From positions 368,523-432,522 of the forward strand of contig CAYHBZ010000001.1 of the NCBI GenBank assembly GCA_964355175.1: a DNA stretch of 64,000 bases, written 5' to 3'. This document shows positions 10,393 to 18,891 of the stretch, in pieces (the stretch's first letter is position 1; each line of letters begins with the position of its first letter). Both the position numbers and the translations under genes were made by a program. This DNA comes from an uncultured Gammaproteobacteria bacterium (GTDB lineage: Bacteria; Patescibacteriota; Patescibacteriia; Magasanikbacterales; GWA2-37-8). The notes below the pieces were generated by a model. It was not told where the DNA came from. It worked only from the letters and a program-made list of their open reading frames with translations, and made no database searches.

Positions 10393-11337
10393 TTACAAAC
10401 CAAACTCCACTATTTTATCTTTCCAGCTGTCATAAATCGCACCGCGGGTGTCATACTCATGCAATTTTACCACACCCTGATTTACCACCACACCATTGTC
10501 GCCTAATTTAGATTTTTCCTTTACGCTTAGTGACATCTTTAACAGCTGCCATTCTCTGGCTTGAGTTTCTATTAAATTGCCATACGGTCCTTGCCACATA
10601 GTTTGCCAAATTTTTTGCCAGATACTCATGACAATATTTGGCTTCACCAAATTATTATATTGAGTCTGCATATTAAAATTTGGCACATATTTTTTTATCC
10701 AAAAATTGGCCGACAAAAATCTTTTAAAATAATTTTGCGGATCATAAATCGGCACCATCTGCAAAGCCCAATAAGAAAAATGAATATCTTCAGGCAAAGC
10801 TTTGAGTTTTTCCAAACTTAAATTCTGATCATCCACAAAAAAAGATAGGCATATCCTATCGGCCATTTTATCGCCATAAGTACGCAAACCAAAAATACGC
10901 AAAATTAAATTGGTAAAAAACCGCACAATATACAGACGATTTTTTTCGGCAATGATAAAAAAATCAATATCGCTTTCTTCAAAAGCCGTGCCGGCGGCCA
11001 CCGTATTACAGACAAAAACCGCTTTTAAAAATGGCACCCCTCTGATAAATTTCACCGCCCGACGCGCTTTTTTTAATTTTAATTCTGAAATAACCAGCTG
11101 AGAGCGTCTCTTTTCTACCAAATCATCTTTGCCAAATAAATAATAATATCCATACTTTTCAGCAATGATACTATTATTTTTTAAATCTTCCAAGGCTGAT
11201 AATATTGGTTTAAAATCATCCGCTATTTCCTTATACAAAAATTGCCAAATCTCATTGGCGGTCAAAGGATACGCGACCAGATCAAAATAAACCAGTGTGC
11301 GTAAAATGGATTTTGCCAAATACGATTGGTTTGGCAT
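10393..11337 (-). CDS. nucleotidyltransferase-fold protein (hypothetical)
   Basis: GTAFEESDIDFFII resembles the GS…DxD motif of the Pol-beta-like nucleotidyltransferase superfamily. 314 aa. Confidence 0.4.
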   Translation of the reverse strand: MPNQSYLAKSILRTLVYFDLVAYPLTANEIWQFLYKEIADDFKPILSALEDLKNNSIIAEKYGYYYLFGKDDLVEKRRSQLVISELKLKKARRAVKFIRGVPFLKAVFVCNTVAAGTAFEESDIDFFIIAEKNRLYIVRFFTNLILRIFGLRTYGDKMADRICLSFFVDDQNLSLEKLKALPEDIHFSYWALQMVPIYDPQNYFKRFLSANFWIKKYVPNFNMQTQYNNLVKPNIVMSIWQKIWQTMWQGPYGNLIETQAREWQLLKMSLSVKEKSKLGDNGVVVNQGVVKLHEYDTRGAIYDSWKDKIVEFGL

Positions 11338-11355
11338 ACAAAAAATTTGTTAAAA

Positions 11356-11382
11356 AAATGCGACCGTAAAACGGCCGCATTT
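11356..11382 (-). terminator. terminator-like hairpin downstream of yidC
   Basis: Stem tgcgaccgt/acggccgca with one mismatch. On the minus strand it is followed by a T7 run. Confidence 0.4.
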
Positions 11383-11386
11383 AAAT

Positions 11387-12154
11387 TTATTTTTTTATTA
11401 CTTCACCTTCAAGCGGCGCGTTCTTATCTGTTTCTTTCTTATCTTTATGTAGCATGTAATATTGTTGAGCGGCCATTAATATCGTGCTCCAGAACCAGTA
11501 CAGGGTCAAACCGGCCGGCAAACTAAAACCAATCACAACGGTCATCACCGGCATCATATAGAGCATTTGTTTATTCATCATCGCGGCCATGCTTTCATCC
11601 TTACTGCCTTCACCGGCATTCTTTGGCGGCATCTGACGAGTCATTGTTTTGGCTTGCAAAAATTGAGCGCCGCCGGCGAGAATTGCCAGGGCGATACTTG
11701 GATTCAAAAGATTGAAACGGCCAAGACTCAGAGGATTGATAGTGCCTGGATTAGCGACAAATGAATATAATTGAGGGCCAATGTTAGTAGAGCTAAGACC
11801 ATCACGCATTACCCAGTACAATGCCAACAAAATTGGCAACTGAACCAGAAGCGGCAAACAGGAAGTGATCGGATTGACTTTATGATTGCGATAAAGCTCC
11901 ATAGTTGCTTGCGCCAATTTCTGTTGATCATCTTTATATTGTTTTTTGATTTCTTCCAATTTTGGCTGAAGAGCCTGCATGGAACGCTGAGCTTTTATAG
12001 AAGAAGATGTGAGCGGATAAACTACCAAACGCAATAGGATGGTAATAACCACGATCACAAGACCGACATCATGGCCAGGCAAAATATTATAAAGTTCTAC
12101 AAAAAAATTGAAGAGCGGGCGATATAAAATTGCATCAAAGATAGATGATATCAT
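11387..12154 (-). CDS. yidC: membrane protein insertase YidC/Oxa1 (short form)
   Basis: 255 aa. Conserved YidC core (…YPLTSSSIKAQRSMQALQPKLEEIKKQYKDDQQKLAQATMELYRNHKVNP…) with five TM segments. Confidence 0.85.
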   Translation of the reverse strand: MISSIFDAILYRPLFNFFVELYNILPGHDVGLVIVVITILLRLVVYPLTSSSIKAQRSMQALQPKLEEIKKQYKDDQQKLAQATMELYRNHKVNPITSCLPLLVQLPILLALYWVMRDGLSSTNIGPQLYSFVANPGTINPLSLGRFNLLNPSIALAILAGGAQFLQAKTMTRQMPPKNAGEGSKDESMAAMMNKQMLYMMPVMTVVIGFSLPAGLTLYWFWSTILMAAQQYYMLHKDKKETDKNAPLEGEVIKK

Positions 12155-12157
12155 ACT

Positions 12158-13399
12158 TTAAACATTTTCTGTTTTAGTTTCTTCAACAACTTCTTCTTTT
12201 GCTTCAGCTGCTTCGGCGATTTCCGGAGTTACTTCACCGACTGCTTCTTCCAGAGTTTGACCGCCACTGAGGTCAATCAAATTAATTTTCCAACTAGTGA
12301 GCTCGGAAGCCAAACGGACATTTTGTCCGCCACGGCCGATAGCCAAAGAAAATTGATCGGAAGTTACCGATACATTGGCAGTTTTTTCCACTTCATTTAA
12401 TTCCACTTCAGAAACTTTGGCTGGTGAAAGGGCTTTACTGATATAAGAAACCGGATCACTGCTAAAATCAATGATATCGATTTTTTCTCCGCCCAACTCT
12501 TCGATAATAGTATTAATACGACTACCGCGCTGACCAATACAAGCGCCGACCGGATCGATAGCTTCATCTTCGGTAAACACCGCTACTTTGGAGCGATAGC
12601 CGGCGTCACGAGCGACACCTTTGATTTGCACCACACCACTTTCGATTTCTGGAATTTCTTGTTTAAAAATTTCTTCTACGAGTTTACTGGAAGAGCGGGA
12701 CAACAAAATTTCTGGTCCACGCTGACCCATATTTACGGAAACCACATAAAATTTCATACGAGCGCCAGGGCGATAATTTTCACGTTCGATCTGTTGTTCG
12801 CCAAACAATACACCGCTGACTTTGCCCAAATCTACCAAGACTTTGCGGCCTTCAGCGCGCTGAATAGTACCCATGATTACCTGACCTTCTTGGCCTTTAA
12901 AGTCACCAAATACCATGTTGCGTTCGGCTTCACGGACTTTTTGAATGATCACTTGTTTGGCAGTCTGAGCGGCCATACGTCCAAAAGCGCCGGAAATTTC
13001 CAAAGGAATTTCGAGCACATCACCAACTTTGGTTTTTTTATTTACTTCTTTAGCCGCGGTCAACATTAATTCGGTTTTTGGATTGAAGCGTGGTAAATCG
13101 GCAGTTTCTTCTTCGGTCAACTCTCTGCCTTCTTCGCGAGCCTGCTCACGACGAGCAGCCAATTCTTCCTGGGCTTTGAGCAACACTTCTTCCTCCACAT
13201 CTTCTACTACGGTTTTGACATCCCAAGCCTGCATATCAGCAGTTTCAGGATCAAATTTTACTTTAATATTCTGTTGCTTATTGCCAAAATCTTTGCGATA
13301 AGCGGCCGCCAAAGCGGTCTCAATAGTTTCGAGCACTGCTTCGTAAGACAAACCCTTTTCGTCACAGAGCAATTGCATGGCCTTGGTAATTTCCGACAT
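12158..13399 (-). CDS. nusA: transcription termination/antitermination factor NusA
   Basis: 413 aa. N-terminal domain, S1 domain and two KH domains (…GACIGQRGSRINTIIEELGGEKIDII…). Confidence 0.92.
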   Translation of the reverse strand: MSEITKAMQLLCDEKGLSYEAVLETIETALAAAYRKDFGNKQQNIKVKFDPETADMQAWDVKTVVEDVEEEVLLKAQEELAARREQAREEGRELTEEETADLPRFNPKTELMLTAAKEVNKKTKVGDVLEIPLEISGAFGRMAAQTAKQVIIQKVREAERNMVFGDFKGQEGQVIMGTIQRAEGRKVLVDLGKVSGVLFGEQQIERENYRPGARMKFYVVSVNMGQRGPEILLSRSSSKLVEEIFKQEIPEIESGVVQIKGVARDAGYRSKVAVFTEDEAIDPVGACIGQRGSRINTIIEELGGEKIDIIDFSSDPVSYISKALSPAKVSEVELNEVEKTANVSVTSDQFSLAIGRGGQNVRLASELTSWKINLIDLSGGQTLEEAVGEVTPEIAEAAEAKEEVVEETKTENV

Positions 13400-13425
13400 A
13401 GTTTTTTTAAATTAAATTAGTGATT

Positions 13426-13456
13426 AAAAAAAGCACCTTCTACAGAAGTGCTTTTA
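13426..13456 (-). terminator. hairpin + U-run in the nusA leader (terminator of the upstream LDT gene and/or nusA attenuator)
   Basis: gcaccttctacagaagtgc hairpin (13433-13451) followed on the minus strand by a T7 run. It lies between the predicted promoter (13470-13498) and the nusA start (13399). Confidence 0.5.
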
Positions 13457-13469
13457 TATTCTGTAGTCA

Positions 13470-13498
13470 AGTATAGCACAAAAATACATTTTTGTCAA
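13470..13498 (-). promoter_or_regulatory. sigma70-like promoter upstream of nusA
   Basis: Minus strand reads TTGACA-17 nt-TATACT. Confidence 0.45.
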
Positions 13499-13552
13499 GC
13501 CTGATTTTTGGCCACTTTTTTAGCCACAACCTCAATCCGATTCATAAAATTA

Positions 13553-14170
13553 TTATTTTTTTGTTAAAGCTTTTGTCGGGGTTTTACCTACAACTTTGAC
13601 ACTATCCCCCACCTTTAAGAATTTATAAATTTTTTCCGCGTCCGCGTAGCCAATATTTACACAACCATGACTCATCGGACGAATGCCAAACTGCTTATGC
13701 CAATAAGCACCGTGCAAATAATAAGTTTTTTTGAATTCCAAATTCCATTTGGTGTTTGGCAAATCATAGCCCGGTCCTTTGTAATGTACCACCGGCACTT
13801 TTCGTAAAATTTTGAATTCACCATTTGGAGTGTCCGTACCTCTTTTACCACTAGATACCGGCACTTTGCCAACTTCTACCCCGTTAAAAAAATACTTCAT
13901 CTGCTGGGTATTGAGATCCACTTCTACGCTACGCTTCGCATCTTTATTCCTATCTCCAACCAAAGGATTAAAACCATTAGCCACCTCGATACCATCGGGA
14001 TAGCCATCTTTATCGGTATCAACACTAGCGAGATCAGTTTCTAATTTTAGTTCGATCTCATCCGACAAACCATCGCTGTCGGTATCAATAATTTCAGCTG
14101 CCCTGACTTGAGAAGCTGAAAATAAAAGTATAAAGAATATTAAGGAGAAAATTTCTTTTCTATAAAGCAT
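13553..14170 (-). CDS. L,D-transpeptidase (YkuD-domain) with N-terminal calcium-binding DxDxDG repeats and a signal peptide
   Basis: Catalytic motif …LHGAYWHKQFGIRPMSHGCVNIG…. Two DTDSDGLSDEIE / DTDKDGYPDGIE thrombospondin-type-3-like repeats. Signal peptide present. Confidence 0.8.
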   Translation of the reverse strand: MLYRKEIFSLIFFILLFSASQVRAAEIIDTDSDGLSDEIELKLETDLASVDTDKDGYPDGIEVANGFNPLVGDRNKDAKRSVEVDLNTQQMKYFFNGVEVGKVPVSSGKRGTDTPNGEFKILRKVPVVHYKGPGYDLPNTKWNLEFKKTYYLHGAYWHKQFGIRPMSHGCVNIGYADAEKIYKFLKVGDSVKVVGKTPTKALTKK

Positions 14171-14192
14171 ATGTCAAAAACAGGAGTAATTT

Positions 14193-15056
14193 TTACCTTA
14201 TTATTATATCACCTTTTAGGTCGGTTCGCCAAATCTCGACTTGAGCGCGTTGTAGTTTGCGTAAAACCCTTTGTGTGGGATGACCATATCGATTTTTGGC
14301 TCCGGACGATATTATCGCGTAGCGGGCCGAAACCGCTTTGAGAAAACTTACTCCGGTAGAAGAGTCGCTACCATGGTGACCAACTTTGAGATAATCAGCC
14401 TGTAACGCCGGACACGGCAACAGATCTTTGTCGCAATATTTTTCCAAAATAGCCTCTTCAAGCGGCATTTCCATATCGCCGGTAAACAAAAATCTGCCTA
14501 AATTATTTTTTAATAAAAATACTATGGAATGATTATTGGCCGTATCGGCATCTTTTTTTAGGAACAAGCCGACACTATCGGGAGAAAAAAATTCCAGACT
14601 GCTACTACCAATAGTGATAATTTCATGCCCATTAATAAATTTCCAATTGGAATTTTCCGCCGCGCTATATTTGGTCCAGGCGCGCCAAAATGGATCATTG
14701 GATTTTTTAAAATCATCAAAAATAATATTTTTAACATCATAACGCGCGAGCACTGCCGGACAACCACCATAGTGATCGCCGTCGGGGTGCGTGACCAACA
14801 TATAATCGATAGAACGGTCAAAAAATGATAGGCGCTTGCCAAGTTTGCTCAAAACTTTTTTATCCGGCCCGCAATCTACAAGCATCTTTTGACCGTTGCC
14901 GAATTTAATAAGCGCCGAATCTCCTTGGCCAATATCGAAAAAAATTATTTCCACTTTTTTATCGGCCTCAATAGTCCAAAGCAAATAAAAAAGTAGCAAA
15001 AAAATTGCTACCAAAAAAAATATTATTCCAATTAAAAAATTTCTTTTCCCCTCCAT
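14193..15056 (-). CDS. ComEC-type metallo-beta-lactamase-fold domain protein (membrane-anchored)
   Basis: HxHxDH-type motif YMLVTHPDGDHYGG and an overall ComEC C-terminal MBL-like sequence. N-terminal TM helix. Encoded separately from the ComEC channel gene. Confidence 0.65.
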   Translation of the reverse strand: MEGKRNFLIGIIFFLVAIFLLLFYLLWTIEADKKVEIIFFDIGQGDSALIKFGNGQKMLVDCGPDKKVLSKLGKRLSFFDRSIDYMLVTHPDGDHYGGCPAVLARYDVKNIIFDDFKKSNDPFWRAWTKYSAAENSNWKFINGHEIITIGSSSLEFFSPDSVGLFLKKDADTANNHSIVFLLKNNLGRFLFTGDMEMPLEEAILEKYCDKDLLPCPALQADYLKVGHHGSDSSTGVSFLKAVSARYAIISSGAKNRYGHPTQRVLRKLQRAQVEIWRTDLKGDIIIR

Positions 15057-15077
15057 ATGACTGTTCTAAGAACTAAA

Positions 15078-15177
15078 GCCTGGACAAATTACTTTTGAGC
15101 GGGTTATGAGGCCCACGGCCGATTCCTAGATCCCGACTTAGTCGGGAGAGGAAAGCGAAAAAGTCATTTGTCCAGGC
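15078..15177. repeat. 100-bp palindromic element in the MBL-methyltransferase spacer
   Basis: 12-bp terminal inverted repeats GCCTGGACAAAT / ATTTGTCCAGGC enclose a perfect 7-bp-stem hairpin TCCCGAC-tta-GTCGGGA. It carries GATTCC/GTCAT motifs reminiscent of the GTCATTCC repeat family. Confidence 0.45.
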
Positions 15178-15190
15178 GTCTATTTCCAAG

Positions 15191-15796
15191 CTATTTTCTT
15201 GCAATAATGAGTTGATTAATCCAAATATCTTTTTCGTAAACTAAGACATTTTTTTCTACCTGGAAGGCTAAACTTTCTAGTTCTTCAACAATTTTTTCTG
15301 GACGATGATAAAAAGATTCAATTTTTATTTTTCCTTCTTGGGTCTGCACTTCCGGTGGTTCTTTTTGATTGATATTGGAAACCGCCAAAATTCCTCCGTC
15401 TTTTAATACCCTGCAAGCTTCATCAAAAAAAGTTTTTGGATCTCTCAGATGCACTATCAAAAATGCAGCGGTAACAATATCAAAAGTACTGTCAGCAAAC
15501 GGCAAATTTTCGGCATCACCAATAGTGGTTTCAATTTTTTTATCTTTATTTTTCAAAACTTTCAACATCTGCTCCGACACATCCAAAGCTGTCACTTGCG
15601 CTCCCGACTTGGACAATAGCACCGATAGCCGACCTGTCCCCGCTCCCACATCAAGCACTTTTTTACTTTTTAAATCGCCTAAAAGCGGCAAAAATTTATT
15701 TTGTTCAAAACTATTTAAATACTTTTCTTTTTTATCGTATGAAGCCGCGGCCAAATCATAGCCCGGAGCGGATTTTAAAATTTTTATTTTTGACAT
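15191..15796 (-). CDS. class I SAM-dependent methyltransferase (Methyltransf_11-like)
   Basis: Motif I VLDVGAGTGRLS, and a post-I acidic residue. 201 aa. Overlaps the 3' end of the ComEC gene by 41 nt. Confidence 0.75.
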   Translation of the reverse strand: MSKIKILKSAPGYDLAAASYDKKEKYLNSFEQNKFLPLLGDLKSKKVLDVGAGTGRLSVLLSKSGAQVTALDVSEQMLKVLKNKDKKIETTIGDAENLPFADSTFDIVTAAFLIVHLRDPKTFFDEACRVLKDGGILAVSNINQKEPPEVQTQEGKIKIESFYHRPEKIVEELESLAFQVEKNVLVYEKDIWINQLIIARK

Positions 15797-17279
15797 ATAT
15801 AACTAATAAAACATAGGTAACCACCAATGCCCAAAGCGGCAGGGCAAACTCCACACTCGCCCACGGCCAGGAGGCCAAATAATGCGCGGTTATTATAACA
15901 TACTTTAAACCAAAATAAGTAGGGAAAGCCATTAACAAGCCCAATGGAAAAAATATATAGCTGAGCAGAATGGATAAAAAAGAAAACAACATCAAAAAAG
16001 GCACGATCCACAAAATTAAGATATTGGCCAGCGGAGCTATCAGTGATAGCTGACCAAACTGAAATAAAATTAAAGGCAAAGTGGCAATAATGGCCGACAA
16101 AGTAGTGGATAATGATTCCAATATAATATACAAAAATTTATTATCGGTTTCTATTCCAAAGTTATTTAAAATTGGCGAGATATATATCAGGCCTAGGGTG
16201 GACAAAAATGACAGCTGAAAACCGGCATCCCAAATTAACACAAACGGATTCATAAGCATCATCACCGCGGCGGTAAATACCAAAACATTTCCCACTCGCG
16301 ATTGTCGGCCTAGCTGAGTGGCCAACAAAACAATAATACCCATAATCCCCGCTCTCACTACCGAAGCGGAAGCGCCGGTAAAAAATACAAACAAAATTAT
16401 TCCACCTATTACCACAAAAAATGCTTTGCGTCGATCTAGGCTCAGCCGGATCAAAATATTCATCAGCACGCAGGCAATGATACTAATATTATATCCAGAA
16501 ACCGCCACGATGTGAGTGAGACCAACTCGACTAAAATCCTCGGTCACTTCCGGCGTAAATCCTGACCGCGCGCCGTATAGTAATCCGGCGGCCAAAGAAC
16601 TTTGCGGTTCCGACCATAATTCATTGACCCGATACTGCAATCTCTGCTTTAGATCAAAAAAATTTATATATAATTTATGTAACACGGGCATATCAGTTTC
16701 CAATTTTTCTATCCGGACGCGCGTACCGCATAGCGACCACACCCCGTTGCGCGCCAAATATTTATCATAATTTAAAAAACCATCTTTCCCCTCAGGTGTT
16801 TTCAAATCACAGCCCACTCTCACCGCATCACCAAATTTAAAATCCTCATAAAGCGGTAAATTTATCAACACACCGCCGGAAACTTTTTTTGCTCCCAGCT
16901 GGGTGACATTTACAATCGCCTGCTTGCTGGATATTTTTTCATTTATCTCCTGCGATATAGTACCGGTGAAAATTTCATACTGACCGTTATAATAACTCAG
17001 CTCATTCATTGTGACGGACGGCACGGCCAGATAAAAACGCAACCCGCCCAAGATAAAAAACAACGCACACAACAAAACAAAACGAAATTTTAAATTCGCC
17101 CAATAAAAAAATAATAAAATAACCACCGACAAAAAACCGCAGTAAATAAAAAACTGCCAATCTTTATTGATAGTTTGAGACGAAAAAATTCCTACTCCCA
17201 AAATAAAACAAAAACAGAACGCCAAAAATGTTCTGCTTCTAGAATAATAAATTTTTTCTTCCCCTCCTAACATATACAC
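15756..17279 (-). CDS. comEC: ComEC/Rec2 DNA-uptake channel protein (DUF4131 + competence domain), lacking the MBL domain
   Basis: 507 aa polytopic membrane protein with ComEC competence-domain sequence (…GLTHIVAVSGYNISII…). The start codon overlaps the response-regulator stop by 1 nt. Confidence 0.75.
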   Translation of the reverse strand: MYMLGGEEKIYYSRSRTFLAFCFCFILGVGIFSSQTINKDWQFFIYCGFLSVVILLFFYWANLKFRFVLLCALFFILGGLRFYLAVPSVTMNELSYYNGQYEIFTGTISQEINEKISSKQAIVNVTQLGAKKVSGGVLINLPLYEDFKFGDAVRVGCDLKTPEGKDGFLNYDKYLARNGVWSLCGTRVRIEKLETDMPVLHKLYINFFDLKQRLQYRVNELWSEPQSSLAAGLLYGARSGFTPEVTEDFSRVGLTHIVAVSGYNISIIACVLMNILIRLSLDRRKAFFVVIGGIILFVFFTGASASVVRAGIMGIIVLLATQLGRQSRVGNVLVFTAAVMMLMNPFVLIWDAGFQLSFLSTLGLIYISPILNNFGIETDNKFLYIILESLSTTLSAIIATLPLILFQFGQLSLIAPLANILILWIVPFLMLFSFLSILLSYIFFPLGLLMAFPTYFGLKYVIITAHYLASWPWASVEFALPLWALVVTYVLLVIYVKNKNFKIRSGL

Positions 17280-17656
17280 TAACTGCCGAGTTTGGCTTTA
17301 ATTTTGGCTACTATGGAAGAAAGATTATGATTGGTTTTGATGAGATAGTCATAATTACCGTGCTTAATCAATTTCAGAATTTCATGATCATCATTTATAT
17401 TACTAAGCACGATTACCGGCACGTTCTTGCCCCACTTATTTTTGTGCAGGGCGTTGAGCACCTCCGTACCGTTCATTTTTGGCATAAATATATCAAGCAG
17501 AATCAAATCTGGCTTCTCTTCTAAGGCCATTTTCAATCCGTCTTCCCCGTTGGCGGCTTGCAATACAGTGAATTTTTCACGGGTCAATTTATCGGCCAAA
17601 ATTTTACGCGTCGCGATTTCATTTTCAATAATTAAAATTTTTTTATTGTCTATCAT
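17279..17656 (-). CDS. response regulator, stand-alone receiver (CheY-like) domain
   Basis: 125 aa, …ILIIENEIATRKIL…DLILLDIFMPKMNGTEVL…. 4-nt overlap with the kinase gene. Confidence 0.8.
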   Translation of the reverse strand: MIDNKKILIIENEIATRKILADKLTREKFTVLQAANGEDGLKMALEEKPDLILLDIFMPKMNGTEVLNALHKNKWGKNVPVIVLSNINDDHEILKLIKHGNYDYLIKTNHNLSSIVAKIKAKLGS

Positions 17657-18885
17657 ATAATGATAGTTTTCTTTTTAATCACCGGTTTAATTGGAAAAGA
17701 TACAAAAAAAGTAGTGCCTTTGTCCACCTCGGACTCAAACCAGATTTTGCCTTGTAATTTTTCTACTATTGATTTCACCATATACAAACCCAGACCAGTA
17801 CCGGTAATTTCTTTGGCCATCACATTTTCCGCGCGATATAGTTTGGTAAAAATTTTCTCTTGAGAGGCTTTGGGAATACCGTAACCATTGTCGGCCACAC
17901 TCAGAGTAAATTCCTTTTTACCGCTTGGAATTACTTTGATATCAACTTTTCCTCCCGACGGGGTATATTTTATAGCGTTGGTTATAAGATTTTGCAATAA
18001 CATCTTGAGCATTTTGATATCGGTTTCTACACCTTTTAGTCCATCACTGACTGTAGAATTAATTATCATCTTTTTATCTTCAATCGTCGGCAAGTTGGCT
18101 TTTAATTCATCTTCTATGAAACTTTTTAAATCCACCGGTACCAACTGTACCGCCAAAGTACCCAAATCCAAACGAGAAACATTCAACAAATCATTGACCA
18201 TTTCTACCATGCGCTGATTACCCTGATAAACTTCTTTAAGATAATTTTTCTGATCTTCATTAATAGGACCAGCATCACCGGACATCAACATTTCCACATA
18301 CCAATTGATGGTGGACAGCGGCGTACGCAATTGATGAGAAGCTAAAAATACAAATTCGCTTTTTATTCTGTCAATTTCTTTTTCCTGAGTAATATCACGA
18401 AAAACTTCTATCGCGCCGATGATTTCGTCTTTCAAAAAGATTGGCATCGCGCTGATATATACCGCGAAATCCATTTTGTCTTTTTTTACAAAATGATAAT
18501 TGGTGCTAATAATTTTTTTACGCTTGGTGAGACACAGATGCAGAGGATGCTTTTCTATTGGCACATGTTTACCGGTTTCATCTGACAACAGTGAAATATC
18601 GCCCAATCTTTGACCAATCATACTATCGTCCCAGGCAATCATTTCCTGCGCGGCTTTATTTACAAAAATAATCGCTCCGTTTTTATCCGTAGCCACTACC
18701 CCATCGCCAATACTACCAAGCATAGCCTCTTCACGCGCTTTGTCTATTTTAGCGATTAATTCTTTTTTCTTTAATTCTTTAAGCAACGCGCGTGAGCGTC
18801 GGCCAAAATAAAAATATAAGGCTAAAATCAAAACTATAAATAGCCATTCTATAAACATCATTGAATTTACAGTGGTGAAAAACAT
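17653..18885 (-). CDS. sensor histidine kinase (TM - PAS - HisKA - HATPase_c)
   Basis: H-box FLASHQLRTPLSTI. PAS-like GDGVVATDKNGAIIFVNKAA. ATPase G-boxes GTGLGLYMV. Confidence 0.85.
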   Translation of the reverse strand: MFFTTVNSMMFIEWLFIVLILALYFYFGRRSRALLKELKKKELIAKIDKAREEAMLGSIGDGVVATDKNGAIIFVNKAAQEMIAWDDSMIGQRLGDISLLSDETGKHVPIEKHPLHLCLTKRKKIISTNYHFVKKDKMDFAVYISAMPIFLKDEIIGAIEVFRDITQEKEIDRIKSEFVFLASHQLRTPLSTINWYVEMLMSGDAGPINEDQKNYLKEVYQGNQRMVEMVNDLLNVSRLDLGTLAVQLVPVDLKSFIEDELKANLPTIEDKKMIINSTVSDGLKGVETDIKMLKMLLQNLITNAIKYTPSGGKVDIKVIPSGKKEFTLSVADNGYGIPKASQEKIFTKLYRAENVMAKEITGTGLGLYMVKSIVEKLQGKIWFESEVDKGTTFFVSFPIKPVIKKKTIII

Positions 18886-18891
18886 AATTTT

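Noticed and set aside
12626-13301. Plus-strand ORFs 12626-13069 and 13029-13301 inside nusA
   Set aside because: Antisense to a full-length conserved NusA, and with hydrophobic low-complexity translations.
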